This document shows positions 26,676-26,819 of a stretch of 26,819 nucleotides of DNA, one piece after another. The notes beneath the pieces are model-generated. The model was given only the letters and a program-made list of their open reading frames with translations. It searched no databases and was not told the DNA's origin. Made by a program: the position numbers and the translations under genes. The stretch is from a virus (lineage: Duplodnaviria; Caudoviricetes): positions 1 to 26,819 of IMG/VR virus record IMGVR_UViG_3300010368_000087; one strand, 5' to 3'. Numbering within the stretch: position 1 is the first letter of the stretch; each line of letters starts with the position of its first letter.

Positions 26676-26819
26676 ATGGACTATTACAAAATACTGGGCA
26701 TTGAACGCACTGCAACACAAGAAGATATCAAAAAATCATATAGAAAACTAGTGATGGAACACCATCCTGACAAAGGTGGCGATCCTGAGAAATTTAAGCA
26801 ATTGAATGAAGCTTATGAA
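26676..26819 (+). CDS. dnaJ: DnaJ-domain chaperone (partial, runs off right edge)
   Basis: [48 protein letters not shown] with the HPD motif; not in the ORF track. Confidence 0.9.
   Translation, partial: MDYYKILGIERTATQEDIKKSYRKLVMEHHPDKGGDPEKFKQLNEAYE

Noticed and set aside
1-26819. CRISPR array, tRNA or rRNA genes
   Set aside because: No regularly spaced repeats or cloverleaf-like sequences seen; intergenic gaps are short and explained by promoters, terminators or gene remnants.

Overview
AT-rich segment of a large T4-superfamily-like (jumbo-type) myophage genome in the standard genetic code. The FdxA-type ferredoxin suggests an alphaproteobacterial host (inference). Left to right: small membrane and Zn-ribbon genes; an IscA/HesB Fe-S carrier; a baseplate/tail module (2395-aa fibre/spike, T4 gp9/gp10-like N-termini, Ig-repeat protein); a stand-alone N-terminal piece of a split DnaE; GroES; MazG-like and DEDDh nucleases; clamp loader; ferredoxin; DHFR; ThyA; PhoH; a GH19 endolysin-spanin-putative holin cassette; and a partial DnaJ. 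A TAAATA late-promoter motif precedes most late genes. The most notable signal is two apparent homing-endonuclease cassettes, each carrying a recoded replacement copy of one end of its target gene. (1) An intact GIY-YIG/NUMOD3 gene lies between two synonymously diverged copies of the dnaE 3' end. (2) A decayed endonuclease-like remnant lies between two copies of the ferredoxin 5' end. In that ferredoxin the conserved CPVDCF motif reads TGC CCT TAG CCA GTC (C-P-stop-P-V), a candidate minimal ribosomal 'stop-hop' bypass reminiscent of the T4 mobA/gene 60 cassette. All family assignments come from motif recognition by eye; no database searches were run.
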